A DNA stretch of 64,000 nucleotides from contig CAJNYD010000008.1 of NCBI GenBank assembly GCA_905331295.1, positions 1 to 64,000 of the forward strand. Direction: 5' to 3'. Origin of the DNA: Rotaria socialis. Lineage: Eukaryota. Of the stretch, positions 1-11,222 are shown piece by piece (within the stretch, counting starts at the first letter, position 1; every line of letters begins with the position of its first letter). The position numbers and the translations under genes are program-made. The notes under the pieces are model-generated. The model saw nothing but the letters and a program-made list of their open reading frames with translations. It made no database searches and was not told where the DNA came from.

Positions 1-412
1 CAACAACATCGGTCTAGTGTATTACGGAATAGGTGAATACTCGAAAGCACTGGAATATTACGAGACATCACTCAAAATAAGAGAAAAAGCTCTGCCTCCG
101 AATCATCCCGATTTGGCTGCTTCGTACAACAACATCGGTTTAGTGTATAGAGACGTGGGTGAATACTCGAAAGCATTGGAATATTACGAAAAATCACATC
201 AAATCTTGGAAATATCACTGCCTCCGAATCATCCCGATTTGGCTACTTCGTACAACAACATCGGTCGATTATATGAAGAAATGTAAGAGTACTAAAAAGT
301 GCTTCCACTTCTAGAAAAAGCACTTGGTATTTTTAGAACGTCACTTCCGCCAACACATCCGAATATTAAAGTCGTGATGAATGCTATAGCTGGTGTGAAA
401 GAGAAGTTGTAA
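1..412 (+). pseudogene. 3' end of a TPR-repeat protein (kinesin light chain/nephrocystin-3-like 42-aa repeats) with two in-frame stops in the last repeat
   Basis: 126-bp/42-aa repeats (SYNNIGLVY..GEYSKALEYYEKS..I....LPPNHPDLA). In-frame TAA at 284-286 and 293-295. Homology continues (KVLPLLEKALGIFRTSLPPTHPNIKVVMNAIAGVKEKL) to TAA at 410-412. Runs off the window start. Confidence 0.8.
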
Positions 413-471
413 ATGTTTATTTTCTCTAGTATTTACTCAAATAAATTGCTTTGATAACTGTTGATTATTTA

Positions 472-497
472 CTGGTCGCGCGCGCGCGCGCGACCAG
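472..497. repeat. Perfect 26-bp palindrome CTGGT(CG)8ACCAG
   Basis: Read directly; lies at the switch from AT-rich to GC-rich sequence. Confidence 0.95.
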
Positions 498-1177
498 AAA
501 GACCTGCCGTGCGTCCAGATACGGATACGCATAGAGCGAACCAAGCCGGATTGTTAAGGCAATGAACGTAGGTGCCCCGTACGTACGACGTCAGAGACCA
601 CACGCACATCATCCAGGCCTTCCCGAGTACTACACTAGGTCGCCGCAGCAGAGTAACACGAAGAATCTATCTGGGCCAAGCAACGAAGCCGCTCTGGCAG
701 GCTGTCATATAAAAGAGGAATAATAAAAAGTAAAATAATACGAACCTCTCGTCGACGTATCATAGAAATGACAAAGTAAATAATTAAATAAGTATTATTC
801 TGGAATATTATTTTATATCTAAAGTGGAAAAGAAGAAATTTTAATTGGTTAATATATGAACAAGATTATAAACAAGATACAAAATATGTAATTTATTTAT
901 ATATTAGATACAAAAAAAAGATTGTTTATTTGAAAAATGGCATAAACTTATGCTTGATTGAATCGAAGATTAAGTTTCACAACAAAGCATCATATACCCA
1001 TTTATACAGTTTAATTCTTAGCCATTGTTATAACCGTTCAAGAAAAAAGAAAAAGTAGAAGATCTAGAACAAAAAAAAGGAAAGAAGTAAATCTATAAAA
1101 AAAAATTTGATATAATAATAAATTTATCTTTCAATTCACCATTGCACAAGCCAAACAACAAACGAATAGTGAACAAG

Positions 1178-1439
1178 TATTCTAAACAAGAGAAGAAACA
1201 AAAATTGAATATATAGTTTATACAAGTCAGATAAACAATGCAGTGTAACTTGTATAATTGTAACTTGTACCACTGAAATGAAAATAAAATGAAATAAAAT
1301 AAAATTTTTGGAATACTTATCTATAGTTATTTTGTGTCGATTCCTGAGGATCAAAACGAACATATTCTAAACAGGAGAAGAAACAAAATAAAATATGTAG
1401 TACATATAAGTCAAATGAAAAGTTAATTATAACTTGCAT
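1178..1439. repeat. Diverged ~78-bp direct repeat pair
   Basis: TATTCTAAACARGAGAAGAAACAAAA...AAGTCA...TAACTTG.AT at 1178-1255 and 1363-1439. Confidence 0.75.
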
Positions 1440-1769
1440 CCCAAACCCAATTACATGCTATCTTAAGAGAAACAACAACGACCACTATGTAAGACGAGTC
1501 AAGTCACATGGTATTGTAGCGGTATTTACCGTTACAGCTCGCTTTATGTACTTTATCCTCTTCGCTGTATTCTATGTTTGTGCATTGACCTGATGAACTC
1601 TCATTGTTCTATTGCGTGACCGTTCCCTCTTTGTCTGTATCCGCTGAAGCGTGATCACTCTCGCGTATATAAGGGGATGTAACTAAAGGAAATGCACGAC
1701 TAGAGATGTGCAGATGACACAATACACCATCATGCCGATGGGCATAGGCGACACTCTCTATGTTCGTCA

Positions 1770-2160
1770 CAGGTATGCCATGAGAAATGAAAACGACCAC
1801 TATCTAAGACCACCCCAATCACATGGTATGGCAAGAGAAACGACAACAATCTCAGACCACCCCAATCATATGGTATGTCATGAGAAATGACAACGATCAC
1901 TATCCAATACATTCACAACCACTTGGTATGTCGTGACGAATGAAACCCACTAGTGCTTAAGACTCTCAGAACAACTTGGTATGTCATAAGGAATGAGAAC
2001 GACCACTATTTAAGAGTTTCACTACCACTAGGTATATCGTGAAGAATGACAAGGATTACTATTTAAGACTTCCCCAGGCACATGGTATCGCAAAAGAAAT
2101 AACTGTCGCTACTATTCAAGAGCTCCCAGTCGCATGGTAAGTCATAAGTCATAAGAAACG
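1770..2160. repeat. Diverged ~53-bp tandem minisatellite (~7-8 units; an extra detached unit near 1441-1514)
   Basis: GGTA(T) anchor recurs at ~1772, 1825, 1872, 1925, 1978, 2031, 2084 and 2136. Shared core GAGAAATGA.AACGACCACTAT.TAAGAC....CACATGGTATG. Confidence 0.85.
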
Positions 2161-3901
2161 AGAGCCGCTACTGTTTGAAATCAGCTAAGTGACTGTTGAG
2201 GACTGGCTTAGCATCGAGTCCGCGGGTGAAAAATAAAACCGCTATGATCGAAGGCGGTCTGTGTATGATTTTCAGCCATGAAAAACGGGTGTAGCCACAG
2301 TTGATGACTATGTGGGCAATGGTTGGCGTAATGCCAAATGAATCTTAGCAAAGGCGGTCTTAACAAAAAGCGGGTGTTCCGCCGAATTATCCATTTTTGG
2401 TTTGTTCTCGGAGGCAAATGGTTTCATTTGATTAGATCATGGCTATGCATTTAATATCTGTGTCACGTTTAGAAAAGGACTCCGTGTTTTCCGTACTGCG
2501 TATCGTGGAACGTATGGAAATATTAAATCCATGAAAAATGTAATTGAACTTAAGGAAAAGTAGCGTGCATATGTGGTCTATGCCTACGCATCTGCGGAAT
2601 GTATGTTGAGTGTGATTATTATTGTAGTGTTCAATAGGCGTGCGCGATCTGTAGTAGCGATGGTGTTTATGAAGTGGTTTGAGATAGGGTGCAACACGCC
2701 AGAATGGCATGGTAGTGTTCGTAGGTGCGAGGGGCAAATATGACGGCAGTGACAAAACATGTATGAAAAGGCCTTCCTTGTTCTACATTATTTCGCAATT
2801 TCTACTCAAGGTGAGTAGCTCTCATCGTTTTTTTGAGTTAAAACTAGTTGGTATGTTTAATATTCCGCCCGGAATACTGTTCGTTTCGATTCAAATCGAG
2901 CTCTCATTCTCTCTGGCCTCATGTCATTTTATGTTATTTTAATTTGATGCTTATTTTTTGGTTTTGTTTTTGATTTCATCGAATTGTTGTTGGGGATGAT
3001 CGAAGAGAAAGAAACATATGATATGTATGGGAATTTTTGATTTTAGTGAAGAAAAAAACAAGAAAAAATTTTAAGATTTAAAGAAGAAACTTGAACGTTG
3101 TTAAGGAATAGTTCTTTCAATATAGTTAACTTGCCTGAATGTGATGTGAAGAACTGTCAAATTTTTCAATGCAGTATATTCACAACTATACTATTCGAAA
3201 CTTGAAAACATGATGAAAATATCAGTTCTTGTATTCAATATTTTATCTTTTAAATCGTCAGTGTCTAATCCGTTGTTTTCATAATTTGTCTCAACTTCAT
3301 TTTTTCGAATCAAAAATTACTGAAAGTCTTACCAATGAATAATATTGATGAAAATTCAATACGCAAAAAGACTGTTGATGATTATCAAAAAAATAGTTTT
3401 AAAGAAAAGGAATTCTTAGAAAAAAAAGAACGTGATGGTAAAACAATGACCCATATAGAAGAATAACTTACATTTAATTTTTTAAATAAAGAAGTTTCTT
3501 TGAATAAAACAATATTTTCATCTATTTGATATGTATTTATGTTGCTATAATAAGAATGAGTTTGAAACACTGAAAGATCTTCTCAGAGAAAATGTTATGC
3601 ACACTATGATTTGTTCTGTTGTTATGGATCTCTGACCTCTTTCATTGATGAACTATTTTTATTATCACCGTGAACAAAACATTGAGCACGTCATTTTAAC
3701 TTGCTTTACCTTTCCCAACCATGTATTTTTTCGTATTCTACACTACGAAAGGATCAATGAGTCATGAGGTGCTCAGCTTAACTTTATTGTTGTTCACTAC
3801 TGATTTGTATATAAAATGAACGACCAAGTTGAAACATAAGATTATTTATGATAAAATAAATATCACCTCTCTACTTCTGTTTTGAGCTAATAACTTTACA
3901 G

Positions 3902-4586
3902 TATTCGTTCAATTATTTTTGATTTTGACGCAAGAAACAGAAAAAATATCAACGGATCGTATATTTGTCGACTATGCAATCTTATTTTACGACAACTATG
4001 TGAACATCGTCAATGTAAAACGTGTTGATCTCATTTGAATATGAAATGTTTTTCATCAAGGTGTATAATCACATGTACAACATGTCTTAAACAAACCCAG
4101 CGGTATCAATTTGTTTTCTGTAAAGATACTACCTGGTTATGAGAATGCCATATGATGTAAGGATTACGAAGTACAACAAATAGAACGTACTTTATAATAT
4201 TTAATTCAATTACAATACACATGATGAACTATTATTTTAAGAGCATCTTAAAATTAAGTATCCTAATTCAATCTGTAGATTAAATGTGATACTTTTAGTA
4301 GGATGAAATAGTTGGTGGTGAAAATTTTAAAACTGCATTTTGTTCGATTATCATTGTTATAACAATTATTAGATCAGCTTGAATAAGTGATCTGTTTAAG
4401 TTTGTCAAACACAATTCCCAGAATATTATGTGAATGATATTTATCAGCAAACAATTATTATAGTGATACAGTCAATCAAAGTTCGCATGTGCAAGAAATT
4501 TACGAAATGATAAATATTCTTGCTGATGAAATTCAAACATTAAATAGAGAACATTCTTCATTATTTCATTTAGATCGAAGTATTGG
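3902..4586 (+). pseudogene. Degenerate TRAF-like RING-finger gene remnant
   Basis: 3921-4028 translates DFDARNRKNINGSYICRLCNLILRQLCEHRQCKTC* (C3HC4 pattern with a short deletion and a stop). The next small exon gives IITCTTCLKQ (last CxxC). ~4490-4560 gives coiled-coil-like VQEIYEMINILADEIQTLNREH. Multiple stops. Confidence 0.55.
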
Positions 4587-5389
4587 TGAGTAATCATTTA
4601 ATTGATTTAAACGTCAGTGGCACAAAGATGGGAATGAAAACAGAACAATTTTTTCTTCGTTGACAGAAGGCAGAAACGGTAAATATCCTATATTTCAAAA
4701 AGAATTGTATTCCAGAGGCATTTGAAGAGTGATAACTTGTCTTCTTTTCAAAATATGCAGTGAATGAATCAACTGAAATCTGTTTTTTTATAAGTTTAAA
4801 ATAAAGGTTTCATTTAATTATTCAAAATTACATCGAAACTACTTGATTGTGTTTAATCGCAGAAGAGACACTTTTTTTTTTAAATTACTATAATTGAAGC
4901 ATAGATTTCATTTGACTCTCGACTAGGTCGATTGCTAAAAAGCAAGAGTTGAGAGCATCAGATTGATTTCTGTTTTCGGCAAGAGACAAATCGACCTGTG
5001 TTTGAATTGATTTACGTACATCCATACTAGTTGTAACTTTTGTTCAATGTTTTATAAGAAAGGTATGATTTTAAAAACAGTTTCTCTTCTTTAATTGACT
5101 GGTTGCAGTGATAATTAGTAATTCCTTGCTTTGGTTATATATAGAAAAAGTACATTCTTTTAGTATTTGTATGAGCTGAAAAGTTATTTATTATACTTCT
5201 ACATTTAGGGGTACATTCTCCAACTCATTCTCTTTTATTTTCTCCATAAGTGTCAATAAAATTTCTTTTTGTTCTGAGAACCACAAAAAAAGGTGCCAAC
5301 GTAATGCGTTTTTAATTCTGATATTACGCCTACTTTCATTCAACTAAGCTTGCACACAATCCAATAATGTATTATAAAAAAACACGTTA

Positions 5390-6220
5390 ATGACGATGTC
5401 ATTAGCCAGTAAAAAAGTTTTCTTGACAGTGAAAGCGCAGAAAATGTCGACAGCGGCTGCCAATGGTCGATCTCGGGAAGAAAAGCATATTCTAAAAAAT
5501 GCCCATAGCACTGTTATGGTCATCGGCTGGATGATTTTCGCTTCTACAGGTATATTATTTGCACGTTATGGACGTTCGTTACATATTGGCAATAAGCAAA
5601 AATTTCTCGGCGAATCAATTTGGTTTCAAGTTCACCGCTTTATTCTGTTTTTGGCGACCCTGGCTACACTGCTTGGCTTTTTACTTATTTTAGCTGAAGT
5701 TAACGGCGAATGGATAAAACTCAGAGAAGGACTCACCTTTGTGCATTCGGTGCTTGGTGGTATTATTGTATGCTGTGCGCTATTGCAAGTATCCATGGCA
5801 CTATTTCGCTGCCATCCAGATAGTCCATTTCGTTTTGTCTATAACTGGTGTCATCGAGCAACTGGATTTTTGGCATTTTTACTCTCTGTCCCCACTATCT
5901 TTATTATAATAGTGAAATGGAAAGCCAACCGTGCCGGCCTGATAGTTATTATGTCACTGTGGTCAGCTTGGGTCTTAATAATTGTTGTTCTATTAGAAAT
6001 CGTTCGATTATACTTTTCAAGAATGTCACCAATTGCTTACTCTAAAGAGACTAGAGAATATGAATTGACCAATTCAAATTTACCACCAACTCTGATGTTA
6101 CAACAAACTGAAGAAACTCATAATAGACTTCCCAACAATATAATACTCATGTTGTTTTTTGTGCATATGATTGTCGCTATTGCTTTATCCATTCCGCTTA
6201 TTGTTCTTATTTGGAATTAG
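5390..6220 (+). CDS. Cytochrome b561 / ferric-chelate reductase (FRRS1-like) transmembrane protein
   Basis: Four heme-ligand His motifs: AHSTVMVIGW, WFQVHR, VHSVLG, FRCHP..FVYNWCHR. About 6 hydrophobic helices. Single exon; the true start is uncertain (5390 or 5444). Confidence 0.85.
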   Translation: MTMSLASKKVFLTVKAQKMSTAAANGRSREEKHILKNAHSTVMVIGWMIFASTGILFARYGRSLHIGNKQKFLGESIWFQVHRFILFLATLATLLGFLLILAEVNGEWIKLREGLTFVHSVLGGIIVCCALLQVSMALFRCHPDSPFRFVYNWCHRATGFLAFLLSVPTIFIIIVKWKANRAGLIVIMSLWSAWVLIIVVLLEIVRLYFSRMSPIAYSKETREYELTNSNLPPTLMLQQTEETHNRLPNNIILMLFFVHMIVAIALSIPLIVLIWN

Positions 6221-7155
6221 ATTGAAATATATGTTTTCCATTTGAGAATTTGGGTGTGGGTGTGAAGTTTGTGTCCACTTACTTTGACACCCACGCCAGA
6301 GATCCTTCAAGATTTAATACTTGTGGGTAAGATGATCAAAAAAGATTAGTGAAATATTTAAGATAGAAATTACTACTCATTCCTTCTCTCTCAAACCGAA
6401 ACAGATGATTGAATTAATGAGTTACCTACTACCTAATTAATTAGTTAATTGATCAGTACAGTCCACAGTAGAAAAGATGTATCACAAAATCTCATCTTTA
6501 TGCTAGCATAGTTCGTCACCGATATGCCGAAAGGGCTTCTCTTAATTAAGGAACGACGTAGTATTCCGCGCTGTATTTTCTAGTAAGTCTACCGAAATCA
6601 ATCTTACAGTAAGTTGACAAATTACCAGAACAGTAACAAAAAGGGAGAACCGAGAAAGAGCTTCACATCTGCAAAGATGCGTCTGTTAGCACCATAGCTA
6701 CATTAAAAAACCTTCCTAATCATTCTAGCAATCTATTTTACACATGTATTTTACTTCATGGGCAAATACTAGAAAAGCTGAACTCACAATACAAAATACT
6801 ACTTCCCCAAATTTTAGAGAAAATTTTGTTAACGCCATCTATTCTTTAACAGAAACTGTGAGTTTCGCTCTGTCTCTTGGTTTTTGTTTATTATTTTCAT
6901 AGAATTTTCGAAAATTTATATTTAATATGAATTTCATCGTTAACAGAATTGAAAGAAAAAAATATCAATTATTATTCGATGGATTATCATCCATTCATTG
7001 GTATTTCCATGTTTTGTTTTTGAAGTACTGTGATGATCAACAAGAAGTTGGAATATGAATATTTTTTTTCTATGCATACGTCAAAACGAAAATTAATTTA
7101 GAAAAAACCCTAAACTAGTTTCTACACTTTCATTGGATCAAAATCAAAAAAACGA

Positions 7156-8931
7156 ATGCCACCGAAGAAAAAACAAAATGTTAATAGAACAGGAATCTAT
7201 TACTTGGCTGATGAACATCGAAAACTTTATCCAGCTTATTCTCGTATGTCGATTCATGATTTAATTATACATCTATTACCTCATTGGCGTTCAATGACTC
7301 TTGTTGAAAGGAAACCCTATGAAGAGTATGCTGGAAAAAAAAGATAATAATAAAATAAATAGCTGTTCATTTCTTATAGTTTAGCTAAACAACATAAACG
7401 TGCACGTATGCTAAACAATGAAAATGTTATAACACCTGTTATACCGTCTAGTGAAGAAGCATCATTTATTGAAAAAAATAGTAATGAAAATAAATTTTTG
7501 GATTCATTTTTTTCTAATGATCTTACTGATGTATTCAAACGAAATTTATATTTTGTAACATTTCAAATTTTTTGTCGAGCCGACGATGAAGACGGAGGCG
7601 ATTATTATCCAGCTGAAATATCGATTATGAAATATTCATTTTGTGAAAGTGTTAAACAAGAATATTTTACAATTATGAAACCAGAAAAATTCCCTATTGG
7701 CTACACTGGTACAGCAATTGATTTATCTCGTGAAACACATCAAATTCCACCATTTAATTTTATTGGTGCTAACGGAGATTATTCAAGAATATGGCAAGAA
7801 GTCAAACGAGTCATTGGTGGTTAGTACAATTAATTTTATAGAAACTTATAAACTCGATAGTTACCCGAAATAAAGCATTTTAATTTTTTTATTGCATAGA
7901 TTCGGTTGTCGATTCGGCGGCGACAGAGCCAATAATAATATTTTGTAATGCATTCGAACGTGATCAAACAACTTATCTTCTTAATTGGCTTGTTTCAAAA
8001 GATGAACTCAATCGAAAAACATCATCAAAACCATTATTTCGTATTTTTTCATTTGAAGCTTTAGTTGCTGCCATACTTCGTCGTCTTGGTTTCGGTGATT
8101 ATGCTCATCAAAGTGTTCGAGAACAACTGCGTCGGCCTGTTTATACAATACAAGTTAAAGAACGATGTGTTTATCATGATTCATTAGCAATACAATATTG
8201 TTGTCGTGCTATTAATCACGGTTTTAGTCTTTTTCTTGATGGATTTGTTCGTCAGCGCTTTATTCAATCATTTTCTCAACATGTTCAAGCCGAATCTATT
8301 GATAAAAACTTGATAAAATCATTACCAACGAATAATTGTATGGATGACGTTCAATCCATCAGTAATGTATCAGTGCCAACAGCAGTTGATTCGATTAGTT
8401 CAACATTTATTGAAAAACAAAATAAATTAAGTGTTCTAACACAGCCAGAAATCGTAAAAGAATTATTTGTTTCGGGTTTCTTTGGTTTACATTTGTATCT
8501 TGTAGACAAATCAATCGAAACCAATTAAATTAGGAGCAGTAGGCTCCAATGTTTTTGTACAATCATCATCGACTGATCAACAAATTAGTAATGTTGCAAC
8601 AAACAACAAAGTAATATTGACTTACATTAAAAATCGAAACTGAAGAATAATTTTCTTTTTTTCCCCGTAGTTATCGATATGGTCAAAATTAAGAGTAGGA
8701 CCTCCGATTGAACTTGATTGTCGTTGGCCAATATCTTCCTTACATAAAAACATTACAAATGATGAAGATCAATTTATAATGCCTGGTCGTGGTATTAAGA
8801 AAACAGTCAGATATGCATCGACAATAAATAGTAATGATTCAGATCGTTATGTGTTTGTGAATAGTATTGGTCGTGGTCGTCGTAGTAATCTCATCTATCC
8901 GGCGCCTAGTCTTTCTCATGTTATGCAATAA
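7156..8931 (+). CDS. MAEL: Maelstrom homolog 1 (HMG box + MAEL domain); exons 7156-7325, 7380-7819, 7900-8453, 8506-8610, 8671-8931
   Basis: Degenerate HMG box (HWRSMTLVERKPYE), then YYPAEISIMKYSF, ETHQIP and ERCVYH...YC (ECHC motif). GT-AG introns keep the frame open to TAA at 8929-8931. Confidence 0.88.
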
Positions 8932-9151
8932 TGTGATAAGAAAAAGTCTTTCTTTTTGTTTTGTTTTTGTTTTTCATTGGTTTGTATTTTCATATGATTA
9001 TGTTTTTTTTTTGTATTTAAAAGTCTCTTTTTTTGCTCAAGTTTAAATTTTGATTCAAGAAAACAATTGAAGAAGTTTGGGTTTATTTCGTTGTTAGCTC
9101 ATTTTTCATATAGAATAGTTATTTTTCATTTTTGAGATTTGTAATTAATAC

Positions 9152-10810
9152 ATGCCACGGCCAAGTCGATCGCCCTTCTTCTTTTTTGCTCGTGAATTTC
9201 AACGTCGTTGCGAACGCGATCGTGGCCAACGAATTAATATCAATGAAGCCATAGCTGCATGTTACGATGATTGGAGAGCACTACCAGTAGAAGCAAAACA
9301 ACCCTATAAAACTCAATATGATGAATGGCGAATACAATATCGAGTAAATCCCGAACAAGCATGTCCACCTAATCAACGCGGAAATGAGAATAAACAAGTT
9401 AAAAACGATAGGATTCTCCGACAACGTGATATTCCGTCGGCTGATTTAAAACTGCATTATGATCGTTTTAGTTTAGAACGAACTTTTCTCACGAATGAAT
9501 ATTTACCACTCGACAAAAGTGAATTATTATCTATGCCAATATATATAATCAATTTTCAAATCTTTTGTCAAGTTGACGACGAAGACGGAGGACAATTTGT
9601 TCCAGCTGAAATCTGTATTTTATGCGTAAGATAAAAAAAGCAATTAAACAACCACCTATTTTTGTTCGTAATTTGTCTAAATAGTATACATTAAATGAAG
9701 GTGTAACCATGTATAAACAAAAATTTATAAAACCAGATAAAATCCCATCGGGTTATATGTCATCGTGTTTGGAACATACCAAGGAAACACATCAAATTCC
9801 ATTGAAAGATTTCTATGAAGCAACTGATAACTACAAGCAAATCTATCATGAATTAAAATCATTTGTTCAAACAACAATAAACAATGCGTCGAATAATAAT
9901 GATGATCGATCACGGCGACGTTATCTTCGATCAAGTCAACCGTGTGTCTTTTTTCCGTCGTTAGAATATGAACAAACAAGTAAATTACTTGATTGGTTAC
10001 AAGAGAAAGCCGAAGGTAACGTTGGCCGGTGAAGAATTAAACAAATATGTTTTAAGCTTGTTTTAGGAAAAGCACCAACAAAAGACACACGTCTTTTTAA
10101 TCTATCAAGTATTGAATCCTTAATTATGGTTTTAGCTGAATTAAAGAAACATCATGTATCACGTGATGACATAGAAAAAACGTTTGCAAATGCAGCTTAT
10201 TCATTTATGATTGAAGAACGTTGTCCATATCATCTTCAATTAGGTATAAATCATTGTTCTGTAGCACGATGTCACGCAGGCGCGAAACTTATTTCTGCTT
10301 ATCTAAATCAATTATTCGCGCCAGAAAGACCAGTATCAGCAAAAATAACAACAGAAAATCGTTCTCAAAATTCACCTATGAGCAAAAGAAATCAATCAAA
10401 TAGGATCCCAACCGTTACACATAATAAGTATGACCAATAGAATGCCTTGAAAATTGCAGTTAAAAATAAAACAAAAATTTTCTGTATTTTTGTTTAGATC
10501 TATAGCAAAAGTTGATTCTTCAAATGATTCGATGGCTTCATCGTATCGTTCGTTTGATCAGCGAAAACAAAACGATGAAATAACTAAATTGCAACAACAA
10601 AATTTTCATCGTTTACTTTCCAATGCTCAATCGGCCTATTCGCCGCATAGTGATTATCTCTCTGATTATGCGATTGATAGTCATAGTCAAATAAATGACC
10701 ATTCCAATACGGAACGAACCCGTCTGAGTCAACGTAAACTAGTGTTGCTTAACGCTATTCAAAGTATTGATAAACAAATCGAACAGCTCAATTTAAATAG
10801 TGATACATAA
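9152..10810 (+). CDS. MAEL: Maelstrom homolog 2 (HMG box + MAEL domain); exons 9152-9625, 9685-10015, 10067-10427, 10498-10810
   Basis: HMG box (SPFFFFARE...WRALPVEAKQPY), then FVPAEICILCYTLNEG, FIKPDKIPSGY, ETHQIP and ERCPYH...HC (ECHC). Introns are in frame. Confidence 0.9.
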
Positions 10811-10914
10811 AATTCTATGGTTCTATCTGTTTTTTTCCTTTTTTCCTGTTTATCAAATAATAATTTAGTAATCTGTTTTTTTCAATGCATGAGCAGTTGT
10901 AAATTTTATTTCAG

Positions 10915-11130
10915 ATGGCATATCTATTTCGTTCTGTACTTCTTCAATCATTAAGTAAAACGGCACGGCCAGTGTGGGCAACAATGCAACGGAATATGTC
11001 CTCACATAATAAAGAAACCGATGAAGAATTCGATCAACGATGGAAAGCATATTTTGATCGTCCTGCAATTGATGGTAATTGAGAAAGATTGAAAAATTAT
11101 TTAACTGAGGTTTATACTTTAGGTTGGGAT
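10915..11130 (+). CDS. COX5A: Cytochrome c oxidase subunit 5A, 5' part only (exon 10915-11074, intron, then broken after GW)
   Basis: MAYLFRSVLLQSLSKTARPVWATMQRNMSSHNKETDEEFDQRWKAYFDRPAIDG|W: a mitochondrial presequence plus the COX5A signature ETDEEFD.RW..YF..P.ID.W. Missed by the ORF track. Confidence 0.9.
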
Positions 11131-11222
11131 CCTATTTGATTGATTTCTTTTGCTCATAGGTGAATTTTGAGAACGATTTTCTGTTGTTATTTTTGCTGAT
11201 ACTGGTCTTTCTGGCGCGAATA
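11122..11222 (-). repeat. Exact 101-bp inverted copy of 10313-10413, ending at the N (11223)
   Basis: The reverse complement of TATTCGCGCCAGAAAG...TAGGATCCCAACC matches base for base. Confidence 0.95.

Noticed and set aside
1585..1640. CTGATGA as a possible hammerhead ribozyme core
   Set aside because: No stem II followed by GAAA and no compatible cleavage triplet or stems nearby.
1770..2160. CRISPR-like array
   Set aside because: The variable parts are homologous to each other rather than unique spacers; the context is eukaryotic; no cas genes.
2208..2942. ORFs 2208-2417, 2432-2755 and 2709-2942
   Set aside because: No recognisable motif, splice structure or coding bias.
10865..11068. Minus-strand 67-aa ORF
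   Set aside because: Antisense shadow of COX5A exon 1.
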